Below are positions 17,549-26,533 of a DNA stretch of 64,000 nt, piece after piece. This DNA comes from a virus (taxonomy: Duplodnaviria > Heunggongvirae > Uroviricota > Caudoviricetes): the IMG/VR virus record IMGVR_UViG_3300037484_000317. One strand, written 5' to 3'. How positions within the stretch are numbered: position 1 is the first letter of the stretch; every line of letters starts with the position of its first letter. The notes under the pieces were generated by a model that searched no databases, was not told the DNA's origin, and saw nothing but the letters and a program-made list of their open reading frames with translations. The position numbers and the translations under genes were made by a program.

Positions 17549-17835
17549 CGGGAGAGACCCTCAGACCTTACGCGTTCTGCACGCAGGACGTTCTGCTCCT
17601 CTTCCTCAGCAGCCAGTAGCAGGGCAACCGCTCGCCGGATGCTATGCTTCCCAGGGGGTGGAACCTTGGGTGGGTACTTGTAGTTGTAGCGAGTCACACA
17701 GCTACGGGCCCACGCCTTCCACTTGCCCCAGGGAGACGTGCCCGTAATGGGGGTGAGGGACGGAAGGCGCTCTATGTTGGGATCCCGCCACGCAGTGACC
17801 GACCCATCCTTGGTGTTTACGACGATGTTATGCAT
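17545..17835 (-). CDS. hypothetical protein, paralog of 43333..43638
   Basis: Internal ATG with GGTGAGG RBS. NTKDGSVTAWRDPN…TGTSPWGKWKAWARS…KYPPKVPPPGKHSIRRAVALL aligns with the 43333 product. Confidence 0.5.
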   Translation of the reverse strand: MHNIVVNTKDGSVTAWRDPNIERLPSLTPITGTSPWGKWKAWARSCVTRYNYKYPPKVPPPGKHSIRRAVALLLAAEEEEQNVLRAERVRSEGLSR

Positions 17836-17842
17836 GGTTGAC

Positions 17843-17883
17843 CTCACCAGGGTAACGGGTGAGCGGTTGCAAATTACACGTTC
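17843..17883 (-). promoter_or_regulatory. conserved bipartite promoter motif (minus strand)
   Basis: On the minus strand: CGTGTAAT-N14-CCGTTACCCTGGTGAGG, then ATG of 17835. Confidence 0.55.
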
Positions 17884-17900
17884 ACCAATCAAGGACGGTG

Positions 17901-18242
17901 CTAGCCTCTTCGGTTCCATGGTGGGAGGTGGGTCTTGTGCGTGCCGCCCCTCTTGGCGACCCACGCAACGAAATTTGCCACCTTCTCGTGGGCGCGTAGC
18001 TTCTCGACCGTGTTGAAGTCGGTGCCAAGCAACTTCTCTGGGATGAATCTGTGGATTGCGTCGTGGCAGTCGGAGCACAGTTGGGCTTTGGTCTGTAGCT
18101 GCTCCCGGGTGAAGTTCCTGGCGAACCACTTGCGTGTGTGCAGCGTGCGGGGGATCAGGTGATGTCCCGTCAGAGGTGCCTCACGAGCACAGAGTTCGCA
18201 GCCTGTCACCGGCAGGAATTCATCATTGTTACCATTCCGCAT
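17901..18242 (-). CDS. HNH nuclease
   Basis: GCELCAREAPLTGHHLIPR…CSDCHDAIH shows the CxxC…HH…CxxC…H HNH architecture. Confidence 0.6.
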   Translation of the reverse strand: MRNGNNDEFLPVTGCELCAREAPLTGHHLIPRTLHTRKWFARNFTREQLQTKAQLCSDCHDAIHRFIPEKLLGTDFNTVEKLRAHEKVANFVAWVAKRGGTHKTHLPPWNRRG

Positions 18243-18415
18243 ATGGCAAAAATCATTAGCATGGCAGGTAGAAAGACTGCCGTGACTACGTTGATTGGAA
18301 ACTTCCACCTGGTTTTAGACAAGGCAGCACGCAACTCCTCATTTTCTTTGCGGAGGGCATCGAGCTGCGCTTCGTAGTTTGCACTTCGATAGGTCACTGA
18401 TCTTGGTCGGGTCAC
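18206..18415 (-). CDS. tail-anchored membrane protein with coiled coil
   Basis: Coiled-coil stretch QLDALRKENEELRAAL followed by C-terminal TM AVFLPAMLMIFAICGMV. Confidence 0.4.
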   Translation of the reverse strand: MTRPRSVTYRSANYEAQLDALRKENEELRAALSKTRWKFPINVVTAVFLPAMLMIFAICGMVTMMNSCR

Positions 18416-18432
18416 TGATCTTGGTCGCCAAG
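18396..18432. repeat. 18-bp perfect tandem duplication (gtcactgatcttggtcg x2) spanning a gene junction
   Basis: Direct reading; it duplicates the codons across the stop/start overlap of 18412..18624 and 18206..18415. Confidence 0.7.
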
Positions 18433-18624
18433 CATGTCGAGGATGCTCCGGGCTACCTCCCTGGTTTCATCTCGTGTCATCCTGACTATTTTACGAACCA
18501 TGCCGGCTGTTCCAGATGGGGTGCAAACCAGGATATTTCCACTCTTTTCAAGCACGAAGGACACAGACCGTCCACGTGATTCCCGAATACTGACACCATC
18601 CTTGGCTTTGATGACTTCACACAT
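18412..18624 (-). CDS. hypothetical small protein
   Basis: 70-aa ORF. Confidence 0.45.
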   Translation of the reverse strand: MCEVIKAKDGVSIRESRGRSVSFVLEKSGNILVCTPSGTAGMVRKIVRMTRDETREVARSILDMLGDQDQ

Positions 18625-19048
18625 AGGGGTTTGTCTTTCTGTTCGTGATTAGGCTCTGGGATTTGAGCATGGCGCGCTCTTCACGAGATACTGCGATTTG
18701 GTCGGGATTGGCGCTCTGCCCTACCCGCCAGTCACGTACGCCTGCCAGAGTTTCACCAATGCGTTCATCAACCTCACGGTCCTTCTCAGACAACGATTCC
18801 CAGGGTAGCAGGTGATTCGTCTTTGGGTCGGATTGTTCTCGCGCCCACACGACCCACACTGCACGTACAAGGCGCCCTAGGTATTCACGCCGGAGGCTTT
18901 CCCCAGTGTTGAAGTGTCCCTCGTCACAACGCCATGACTCATCAGCCCATTGCGTGAGATGTTTGCCGCATCGTTCATCGGGAGGGGCGTGTGCACGTGC
19001 TGGATACAGACATAGGCCCCACAGCGTATCACCCTTGTTTGTCGTCAT
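18617..19048 (-). CDS. hypothetical protein
   Basis: 143-aa ORF. Confidence 0.5.
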   Translation of the reverse strand: MTTNKGDTLWGLCLYPARAHAPPDERCGKHLTQWADESWRCDEGHFNTGESLRREYLGRLVRAVWVVWAREQSDPKTNHLLPWESLSEKDREVDERIGETLAGVRDWRVGQSANPDQIAVSREERAMLKSQSLITNRKTNPYV

Positions 19049-19083
19049 TCGCTACCCCACTCCATGCATCCTACGAGGATTGA

Positions 19084-19317
19084 TTAACGGTATGGAAGAG
19101 AAGCGGGGTGCACGCGTTCGCAAGCTTCGAGTGCCATCGCAGCCCCCTCTTTGAACCACATGGTTGTATGACGTGCTCCGTTACTAGAGGCAAGGGAGCG
19201 TAAAATTCGGTTCCCAAGACCATCGGAAAGAGCTTGCTGTCGGTGGTTCCAAACCGCTTCCAAAGCGTGCTCGTATCCGCGAACGAAATCCCTCATGTCT
19301 GAAGTGTGAAGGCTCAC
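19084..19317 (-). CDS. hypothetical protein
   Basis: 77-aa ORF. Confidence 0.4.
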   Translation of the reverse strand: MSLHTSDMRDFVRGYEHALEAVWNHRQQALSDGLGNRILRSLASSNGARHTTMWFKEGAAMALEACERVHPASLPYR

Positions 19318-19511
19318 GACGGTAAGACCAGCTTCATTTCAGTCCACTCCCCATCGATTCGGTATCGGAGACGGGTCATGTCATCATTACACGTCACAAG
19401 GTCGGCCTTCATCATGGTGTCGCGATCTAGCTTGGTAGTAGATCGGTAGATGGCCTTGAGTTGTGTCCGGGTCACCGTGACGGGACCATTCTTGGACTTG
19501 ATGATGATCAC
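19314..19511 (-). CDS. hypothetical protein
   Basis: 65-aa ORF with ATGA-type overlap. Confidence 0.45.
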   Translation of the reverse strand: MIIIKSKNGPVTVTRTQLKAIYRSTTKLDRDTMMKADLVTCNDDMTRLRYRIDGEWTEMKLVLPS

Positions 19512-19514
19512 GAC

Positions 19515-19778
19515 TTACCCCTTGCTGTCTCCAAGAGCCAGTACCACTGCCCTGCGAGCTTCATCTTTCCGTTCTTGCGCCACTCTTACGTAGTCACGAT
19601 CGGAACAAGTGGACATTTGCTCTGCGTAGTGGTCAAGGGAGGCGCTGACCAGTGCGTCGACTAGTTCCATGACACACTCTGTTTTGTTCTTGACCTGCGG
19701 TGCTTGCACACAGATGGGTGCTCGCACGCAGATGACTACAGTGTCCGGTCCAACCTGGGTTTTTTGTGGTCTCTTCAC
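19515..19778 (-). CDS. hypothetical protein
   Basis: 87-aa ORF. Confidence 0.45.
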   Translation of the reverse strand: MKRPQKTQVGPDTVVICVRAPICVQAPQVKNKTECVMELVDALVSASLDHYAEQMSTCSDRDYVRVAQERKDEARRAVVLALGDSKG

Positions 19779-20050
19779 TTTTCCAACTTTGAGATTGCTA
19801 GAAGCACCACACGGCCAAGTCGTGTCATGTGGTCCGTCGGACAGCTGGATTCACCCTGCATCCTGCATGTCGGACAAATGTGCGCTATGGTGATGTGTAC
19901 TGGGTCACATCCTGGAGTGGCGATATCGACCGATACTTCTTTCCACCCGCCCACTGGGGGTCGGTTGCCTGGCTCCCGGATACCACATGCATCACAATCG
20001 ATTACGTTGATGGCAGTCATCTCAGAGTTTCTTTCACAAGTGCATTGCAC
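19775..20050 (-). CDS. Cys-rich zinc-binding small protein
   Basis: Contains CTCERN…CDACG…CDPVH…CPTC. Confidence 0.45.
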   Translation of the reverse strand: MQCTCERNSEMTAINVIDCDACGIREPGNRPPVGGWKEVSVDIATPGCDPVHITIAHICPTCRMQGESSCPTDHMTRLGRVVLLAISKLEK

Positions 20051-20346
20051 GCACGGATATGCTTGACTTCGGCCGCATTCCGTAGGGATACGTTCTTAGA
20101 CCAGACCTCACGAGCCCTGTTGTACTTCTTCTCCGCTACAACCATCTCCCTTTTGAAGATGGCGACTTGAGCCTCGTAAGCTTTCAGATCATTCAGCGTG
20201 CTACGCGCAAGGTCGGCCGCAATCTTCTGTTGGATTTTGCTCATGTGGTTCTTACGCCCGCACCACAGGCCCTCAGTAGTCTGCGGGTACCCATCCTTCT
20301 GCACGACGCCTGGCAAAAAACCCCGACTCCAAAGAGTACTTCCCAC
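20017..20346 (-). CDS. hypothetical coiled-coil protein
   Basis: 109-aa ORF. Confidence 0.4.
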   Translation of the reverse strand: MGSTLWSRGFLPGVVQKDGYPQTTEGLWCGRKNHMSKIQQKIAADLARSTLNDLKAYEAQVAIFKREMVVAEKKYNRAREVWSKNVSLRNAAEVKHIRACNALVKETLR

Positions 20347-20995
20347 CGATTCCGCTGCGACGAATTTCTCCGATGTCCATCAGGTGTAGCAGTAGATTTT
20401 GAATCTCCCCCGTCAGGGAGTCAAGCACGTTTCTTGTTCCTTGCTGGTGGAGGTATCGAGCCATGATTGGCTGTACATGTTGGTTGAATAAACCGTCCAC
20501 GTCTTTCCGGTAGTCCCATTCACCCTCGGCAAAAGCGATAGTGACATGGTCCCCACTTTGGATTACCTCGAAGGTGGGAGTCCGTGTTTTGCTGGACTCA
20601 ATAGACGAAGGTCTCTTCTCTGGGGGGCATGTGCAGAGATCTGGATAGCATCCGGCGTATGCCGGGTGGGTCATGTCCCCGAAAGGCCACCCACATTCTT
20701 TACAGGTTGGGAGCGGGCGTTGTACGAGAGAATAGACCCGTTCCACATCCGCGAGGTCCAAAATTGCCGCAGTGGTGCGCCGTATTTCAACCCGTATCTC
20801 GTCTTCACACTTGGAAAGAGATGAACCCTCCGCACGGATCTCATACCCATCTCCAGTCACACGCACCTTGCATGACCCGTTAGGTTCGATGCTCACTCGG
20901 AATCTGTGCGTCCCATGGACATATCCAAAGTAGGAGAGTGCTCCCTCAGCATAGGAGCACTCGACACCAAGGAAGGTGATTGTGGATTTAGTCAT
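20273..20995 (-). CDS. hypothetical protein
   Basis: 240-aa ORF containing CKECGWPF…CTCP. Confidence 0.5.
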   Translation of the reverse strand: MTKSTITFLGVECSYAEGALSYFGYVHGTHRFRVSIEPNGSCKVRVTGDGYEIRAEGSSLSKCEDEIRVEIRRTTAAILDLADVERVYSLVQRPLPTCKECGWPFGDMTHPAYAGCYPDLCTCPPEKRPSSIESSKTRTPTFEVIQSGDHVTIAFAEGEWDYRKDVDGLFNQHVQPIMARYLHQQGTRNVLDSLTGEIQNLLLHLMDIGEIRRSGIGGKYSLESGFFARRRAEGWVPADY

Positions 20996-21327
20996 CGCAG
21001 TGGTGTCCTTCGGGCTTCGTTCTCGCAGAACTCGCGGGCCTCCCTCATGGTCCGGAGAGTCTTTTCAGAGAAGCCTGGACCGGTTGTAGTCCACCCCTCT
21101 CTTACACGCAGCACTCTGTAGTTGCGCTTTCCGTCAAGGGTTGCCGTGTACACACCGCAACATACCTTGTGCCATCGGAGACCCCCGAGAAGGATTTGAT
21201 AGACGGCCCTACCGTTCTTGTCAATCAGGAGTGGTTTTCCATCCTTCCTGTCAAGATTGGCTTGTCGCATGGCATCAAACATCACACCAGCTAGTGCCTG
21301 ATCCTCTGGAGAATTACTGAACTTCAT
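20992..21327 (-). CDS. hypothetical protein
   Basis: 111-aa ORF. Confidence 0.5.
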   Translation of the reverse strand: MKFSNSPEDQALAGVMFDAMRQANLDRKDGKPLLIDKNGRAVYQILLGGLRWHKVCCGVYTATLDGKRNYRVLRVREGWTTTGPGFSEKTLRTMREAREFCENEARRTPLR

Positions 21328-21545
21328 TGCTCACCCGTAGCTGCTGGAACACCATCCACGAAGTCGGCCACTGCGTCTTGCGCCTTGTGCAGCAGATTCA
21401 CAGCGTCAGTGAGCCGTGTATCGCAACCCATCTCTTCGACGGCGACCATTGCCTCACGGATGGCTAGCTCTGCGGGGACCATTTTGTCGAGGCGAATGCG
21501 GCGTGGAAATGAGTCAGTCATCGGTTTCTCCCGAAGATAGTCCAA
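21324..21545 (-). CDS. hypothetical protein
   Basis: 73-aa ORF. Confidence 0.4.
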   Translation of the reverse strand: MDYLREKPMTDSFPRRIRLDKMVPAELAIREAMVAVEEMGCDTRLTDAVNLLHKAQDAVADFVDGVPAATGEQ

Positions 21546-22731
21546 GAGACGAACGCTGCTCCCCCGTCAGCTCGGTGACGTCCAGCACACTCCACACCGC
21601 AGCTGGGCGCACCGTTCCGTTCTCGTCAGTGGTCGCTCCTCCCAGCCCCGCCACGAACCGCATCTCAAACTCGGCGCCGAGATAGTGCCACTTTACCGGA
21701 ACTACACTCAGCTGCGACTGGAAGTCGCAGAGCGTAGGACCATCTCCCATACCCACCAATCGATTGCGATTGAACTTGCCGCCGTCCTGAAGCGCTGCCT
21801 TGGCAATGCTCGCCATCATGGGGTGGAAGCTCTCTTCCTCCAGGAACTGGTTGCGGCATAGGTACTTGCCCTCTCCAAGGAATGGATAGAACACGTTGAT
21901 CCAACCGCTGATGTACGGCCCCCCACTCCCGCCCCCTCTAATGTATAGTGAGCGCCAGAACGCGATGTCTGGCTTGCCCTGTGCCGTTTCGACGATCTTC
22001 GTGCAGATCATCTCCAGCGGGTCGATCCACCAGCCGATGTTGCCGAACTCGCGGAGATTCCCCACACGCGTGAGCACAGACTGCCAGTCTTCGACCGTTC
22101 CTTCGAGGGTGATCTCCGGAAACCCACAGCACGTTCGCATGCCGTAGTCGAAATACCTGCTCATCGCGTCCATGAGCACGACCTCACTCGCCGCCCGCTC
22201 GACAACCCCTGTCGTCGTGAAGTCACAGACGAGCAGATCCTTCTTCTTGCCGATGTGCTTCTCGATCTGCTCACTGAACTGACCGAAAAGCCGCGTCCAG
22301 TCGTTGTCTGGAGAGTTCTTCACGAAGTCGTCCACCTGGACTTCTAGGTACTGCTTGCCCTCGAACGACACGAACTGCTTACGTAGTTCCTCCGCGTTCA
22401 TCTTCACGTGCTTTGCGAAGCCGTGAGCGATTGCTAACCAGAGATGATCTGGCGATAGTGATAGCCCCCGATGCTCGTTGTACGCAACGCCCACCGTGCG
22501 CACAAGCGCACTGCTCGTCGTATGCTCGATAAGCTGCACGTCCGAAGCACCATCGACCTGCGCACCGAACGCTGCACTCTTCTCCCCCCAACGCGAGGCC
22601 TCGCGCGAAAACTGCGCACCTACCACCGCACTCCATGGCCGTACAGTGGACCGCACCTCTTTAGTCACCTCGTCGACCTTGAATGTGAAGCTCATCGCGT
22701 CTCCATGTTGTTCATTGGTGGATTGCCGCAA
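21514..22731 (-). CDS. hypothetical protein (conserved-looking, 405 aa)
   Basis: Long ORF containing GGSGGPYISGWINVFYPF. Co-directional with, and 22 nt downstream of, the 749-aa ORF. Confidence 0.55.
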   Translation of the reverse strand: MRQSTNEQHGDAMSFTFKVDEVTKEVRSTVRPWSAVVGAQFSREASRWGEKSAAFGAQVDGASDVQLIEHTTSSALVRTVGVAYNEHRGLSLSPDHLWLAIAHGFAKHVKMNAEELRKQFVSFEGKQYLEVQVDDFVKNSPDNDWTRLFGQFSEQIEKHIGKKKDLLVCDFTTTGVVERAASEVVLMDAMSRYFDYGMRTCCGFPEITLEGTVEDWQSVLTRVGNLREFGNIGWWIDPLEMICTKIVETAQGKPDIAFWRSLYIRGGGSGGPYISGWINVFYPFLGEGKYLCRNQFLEEESFHPMMASIAKAALQDGGKFNRNRLVGMGDGPTLCDFQSQLSVVPVKWHYLGAEFEMRFVAGLGGATTDENGTVRPAAVWSVLDVTELTGEQRSSLGLSSGETDD

Positions 22732-22753
22732 TCGGTGCAGGCCTGTCTATTCG

Positions 22754-25003
22754 TCATGTGCTTTTCTTTTTGGCCTTTATCTTGGACACGGACAAGGGGG
22801 CCTTGAAGAACTTCTTGGCCTTAGGAAGAAGCGCTTCGTACTCCGTCTTCGTGAGGACTCGGATTGCGGCTCGTTCCTCCCGTTCCTTGAGACCCTTACG
22901 CTTAGCTGGATTAGTCATCCATGGCGTTCCGTAATCGAAAGCCACCTCCACAAGGGTGTCACCCATGTGCGACACCTCTCCGAGCTTGATCACTCTGGCC
23001 ACAGAGTAGAGGGGGATAGCCGTGGTTTTGGCATTGCACGACCAGAAGCAGTTGTGCTCAGGGGGCTGCCCGTTGTCTTCCCACGCGTCGATAGCGTACT
23101 TCTCAGCGTCCTCTTTACTGGCCCATTGCCCTCTTGCCCAGGCGAAGTGCCCATCCTTCAACTTCCGGGAGTCAAACTCGACGGCGTAGGCATCCTCAGG
23201 CACCCATCGCTGGGATGCTGCGTGCGTGCGATGCTTCTCAGTGAAGGTCGGACCGAGATCAAATCTCTCGACCCAGGCTTCCGCCCGACCCTTCTGCTGG
23301 AGCCACCACACGTAGTCGGGATCTGCAAGGTCTGGGTACTTCTTGGCCAGCTCCCGGTACCTCTTCACTGCCAGGAGCATCCGTTCCCGAACGTGCCACA
23401 CTTCCCGAGAGTGCGACCCATCGCGCACGTCCATTCCGAACGAGATCACGGATTCCAGCACACGGAAAGCGAGTTTCGCAAAGGATGGTGCAAGCGTCTT
23501 CGGCTCGAATAGACCACCGTACTCCTTCGAGAATGGATACCAGTGGCACTGGTATCTGAAAGACGGGGGCTCGATGTCCTCCGCTGTGGGGTCTACCTTG
23601 GACAGGGGGAATCCCTTCTCGTGCCAATCGACGCCGCCACCAATGACGCAGAGTGTTGCATCAGCTACCCGCTGCCACGATGTGAGACGCTGCTCTTCAG
23701 TCATCTCCGCCCACGGGGTCGTATCTTCCGTTTCCCGGTCCCGGATGGCCCCGTACAGCGTGGGCCACTGCTTCACCTTGGCTTGCACATAGGCGTGTGC
23801 GTTGACCTCTACGGCTTTCCAGCTCTTCAGGAAATCCCGCACGGGATCTGGCTTTCGCACCCATTCGAAGGTGGCAAACAGGACTTCTTTGCCGGAGGTG
23901 TCGTCGTCTCGCGCGTCGTCATTGTGACGAAAGCGGTAGACGCCAGGCTTCACACTGATGATCTCTGCGAGCCCTCCGCCAACCTCTTTGAGGGAACCAC
24001 CGAACTTCTCCGCTCGGCGATCGAACTCGTCGGAGTCACACAGAGAATACCACCACAGGTCCGTGCAAATGCCTGCTAGGCGCACACCCTCGAACTTAGG
24101 CTTGCGCTTGTAAGGAACGTACTCCTTGCCGTTCCAGTACTCGTCCTGAGGCTCGTTCGCGATCTTGAACTTGCCGTCGGCCAACTTGAACACAGCGGGG
24201 CTGGTATTCCCCACCATGGCGTGAGACATACCGATAGCGGCGTATGCTTGTGAGGTCTGACGACAGCCAATGACGGTGTTGATACTCTCAATCTCGTCGT
24301 CGCCCTCAGGAAGAGGGAACCACCTGCGAAGGTCGTTTGCCACTATGATCTTCCCGCTCGGGACGTTCAACTCCCATTCGTTGAGTTCAAAACCGTTGGG
24401 CAGAGGGCAGTCCTTGCCCGAGAGTCGTACCTTCTTCCCATTTGTCTCCAAACGGAAGCGTTTCTCTCCGCAGTAAGAGCATTCAGTCGAAAGGGTGGCA
24501 ACGGACAAACCGAGATCGACCCATCGGTCCAAAGTCGTTCCAGTGTGCAGTGCGCCTTGTAGGATGTTGAGATCCTCTTCAATGAGGTCTCTTCCCAAAA
24601 GGTGCACGTCCAGGATTCTCTTCTTGAAATCGTCTGGGTCGTACAGGACAGATCCGTTCTTCCAGTGGCCCCTGAGGTCCACTTCGAGCTTGGCTGACCG
24701 GAAGGCCCCTACCACCTTCGAGCGCAACTTGTAGTCGATCGGAGGCCGACCAGCGGTGTCCTTGATGTAGTCCGCAAGGAGGTCCACGGGGGTTGCCGCT
24801 GCGTTATCAAGCACGGTGGGGTGTGCCTGACGCAACTCACCCTCATCGAAGACGCCATTGGTCGTCTCGATTGGGCATAGGCCACCCTTGAGATGAGCTG
24901 CACGAAGGGTAGGCAAATCTCCCAAAGTTCTAAAGGAGAATGCCTTGACCGTGGTGTGCTCCCCGCTCGCGACTATAACAGCTAGATCTCCAGGCTTGAA
25001 CAT
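22754..25003 (-). CDS. large hypothetical protein (749 aa) with Lys-rich C-terminal tail
   Basis: Longest ORF in the window. It is preceded by a copy of the conserved promoter motif at about 25026-25058. Confidence 0.6.
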   Translation of the reverse strand: MFKPGDLAVIVASGEHTTVKAFSFRTLGDLPTLRAAHLKGGLCPIETTNGVFDEGELRQAHPTVLDNAAATPVDLLADYIKDTAGRPPIDYKLRSKVVGAFRSAKLEVDLRGHWKNGSVLYDPDDFKKRILDVHLLGRDLIEEDLNILQGALHTGTTLDRWVDLGLSVATLSTECSYCGEKRFRLETNGKKVRLSGKDCPLPNGFELNEWELNVPSGKIIVANDLRRWFPLPEGDDEIESINTVIGCRQTSQAYAAIGMSHAMVGNTSPAVFKLADGKFKIANEPQDEYWNGKEYVPYKRKPKFEGVRLAGICTDLWWYSLCDSDEFDRRAEKFGGSLKEVGGGLAEIISVKPGVYRFRHNDDARDDDTSGKEVLFATFEWVRKPDPVRDFLKSWKAVEVNAHAYVQAKVKQWPTLYGAIRDRETEDTTPWAEMTEEQRLTSWQRVADATLCVIGGGVDWHEKGFPLSKVDPTAEDIEPPSFRYQCHWYPFSKEYGGLFEPKTLAPSFAKLAFRVLESVISFGMDVRDGSHSREVWHVRERMLLAVKRYRELAKKYPDLADPDYVWWLQQKGRAEAWVERFDLGPTFTEKHRTHAASQRWVPEDAYAVEFDSRKLKDGHFAWARGQWASKEDAEKYAIDAWEDNGQPPEHNCFWSCNAKTTAIPLYSVARVIKLGEVSHMGDTLVEVAFDYGTPWMTNPAKRKGLKEREERAAIRVLTKTEYEALLPKAKKFFKAPLSVSKIKAKKKST

Positions 25004-25025
25004 TCAGGTGTTTCCATTCTTGACC

Positions 25026-25058
25026 ATGTAACGGGTCAGACCTACGGGATTTCACGAT
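25026..25058 (-). promoter_or_regulatory. conserved bipartite promoter motif variant (minus strand) upstream of the 749-aa ORF
   Basis: On the minus strand: CGTGAAAT-N14-CCGTTACATGG, about 25 nt before the ATG of 25003. Confidence 0.45.
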
Positions 25059-25201
25059 CCCTGAGAATGAGGGCTATGATGCGCAACTCAGTTGCACTGT
25101 ATCCTGTCTCTATCCAGACCCGTCCCTTGAGTGATGATGCAAACATACCTCGTAGTGGTTTCGGGAAACGCCCAGTTACTGTTGCAAGTGGGCTTCTGGG
25201 A

Positions 25202-25534
25202 TCAGCCATGCTGGTTCCTCTTGCGTTTCATCGTCACCTGATGGACCAGCTTTGGTAGTTTGGCGTGACCCTTCCCAGCCACAAACCCGTCCATCCAATC
25301 AAGTGCCCTAACGTGTGAGTGTTCGCCAAGAATGCGGTGCAGTCGACGACGGCGACCATCTACCGTCTCTTCAATGTCAGCACATTCCCCTTGACTAGGG
25401 GAGACGTAAAACTTGATGCTCAGATTGGACCCTGGCGGACCATCTTGCTTGGCACTCGTGACCCATGCACCCGGAGCCCCACGTGGGGTGACGAATCGTT
25501 GTGTGCTCAATCCAGCTCTTGTGTGCGTGCTCAT
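25202..25534 (-). CDS. hypothetical protein
   Basis: Internal ATG immediately after the upstream stop. Confidence 0.4.
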   Translation of the reverse strand: MSTHTRAGLSTQRFVTPRGAPGAWVTSAKQDGPPGSNLSIKFYVSPSQGECADIEETVDGRRRRLHRILGEHSHVRALDWMDGFVAGKGHAKLPKLVHQVTMKRKRNQHG

Positions 25535-25538
25535 GGCC

Positions 25539-25868
25539 TTAGATACCAATGCCTGACACAACCCTCATTCCGTAGTGTGCCAGAACCCTGATTGAGGTTT
25601 CGTTTTCCGCCACCTCGTTACGCCTACCGTACTGAGCTGTCACTAGTGCTGTGAGAGTTTGCAGGTAGGCTTGTTGGGGGCTCATCTCGCCACGCTCCCA
25701 AAGTAGCTGCCTTACTGCGGGTAGGGCCTTCTCGAATGCGAACATGGCGTGCATCTCGTTCTCTTCGAGATAGTCCCGAGATCCCGGGGTGGCGTCTGAG
25801 ACCTCCACGTACCCAATGGCAAACACCCTGTCGTCGATCTTCAGCTCAACCAGAGCCTCTTCCCTCAT
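25539..25868 (-). CDS. hypothetical protein
   Basis: 109-aa ORF. Confidence 0.45.
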   Translation of the reverse strand: MREEALVELKIDDRVFAIGYVEVSDATPGSRDYLEENEMHAMFAFEKALPAVRQLLWERGEMSPQQAYLQTLTALVTAQYGRRNEVAENETSIRVLAHYGMRVVSGIGI

Positions 25869-26533
25869 GGTGTTCCAGGTGGGTAGGAGGTGTAGCGCTG
25901 GCGGATTGCTTCACGGTCGTGGTCGGTGATTCGCAACCGTGGATAGTCCTGGGGCGAAGGCGCGCGAAGCGCCGGATTCATAATGCTCTGGAGGTCTCCC
26001 ACGTCGTGTGCAAGGCCGAGTACGTGGCCCAGTTGGTGCTCCAGCGCGACCGCGCGTACGGCTAGGATCGGTACATTGCACAGGCTCACGATGGTCAGCC
26101 CTGTCCCCTCGTACTCGCGTGCGTAGGTGCCAGGATTTGGGCGTTCAACCCGATACTCGAATGTAGTGGACCCCCCACACGTTGAGCAGTACCCACGGTC
26201 AGGCTCCTCAAAGGCGTCATCCACAGAGATGAGTACATGGCACTCACGATTTGGATCTACGTGATTCGCAGGTTCCACCTCAAAGGCTACAAATCCTAAC
26301 CGCCTATTGATGCGCGTCGTGATCAAAGACAGAAGAGCATAGTCCTCGTCCGTCCCCTCACCCTGGTTCATGCACGTCAGTAGAGGGAACTTGTGTTGTT
26401 CCCAATGGGGCGCATTCTCCAGGAACCCGACTTCCGTGGGTTCCGGTTGGTTGCTCCGCATTGCGTAATACGCTGCCAGGTACAAAACCACGGACGCTAC
26501 TGCAATGAGTGGAAGTAGTTTGGAGAGTTTCAC
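25865..26533 (-). CDS. membrane-anchored metzincin-like zinc metallopeptidase with HQxxH variant motif
   Basis: N-terminal TM. ALEHQLGHVLGLAHD fits HExxHxxGxxHD with Gln in place of the catalytic Glu, followed by the Met-turn SIMNP. Confidence 0.55.
   Translation of the reverse strand: MKLSKLLPLIAVASVVLYLAAYYAMRSNQPEPTEVGFLENAPHWEQHKFPLLTCMNQGEGTDEDYALLSLITTRINRRLGFVAFEVEPANHVDPNRECHVLISVDDAFEEPDRGYCSTCGGSTTFEYRVERPNPGTYAREYEGTGLTIVSLCNVPILAVRAVALEHQLGHVLGLAHDVGDLQSIMNPALRAPSPQDYPRLRITDHDREAIRQRYTSYPPGTP

Noticed and set aside
25100-25200. Short palindrome GTTTCGGGAAAC as a terminator
   Set aside because: The stem is only 5 bp with a 2-nt loop and no T-tract, so it is not credible.
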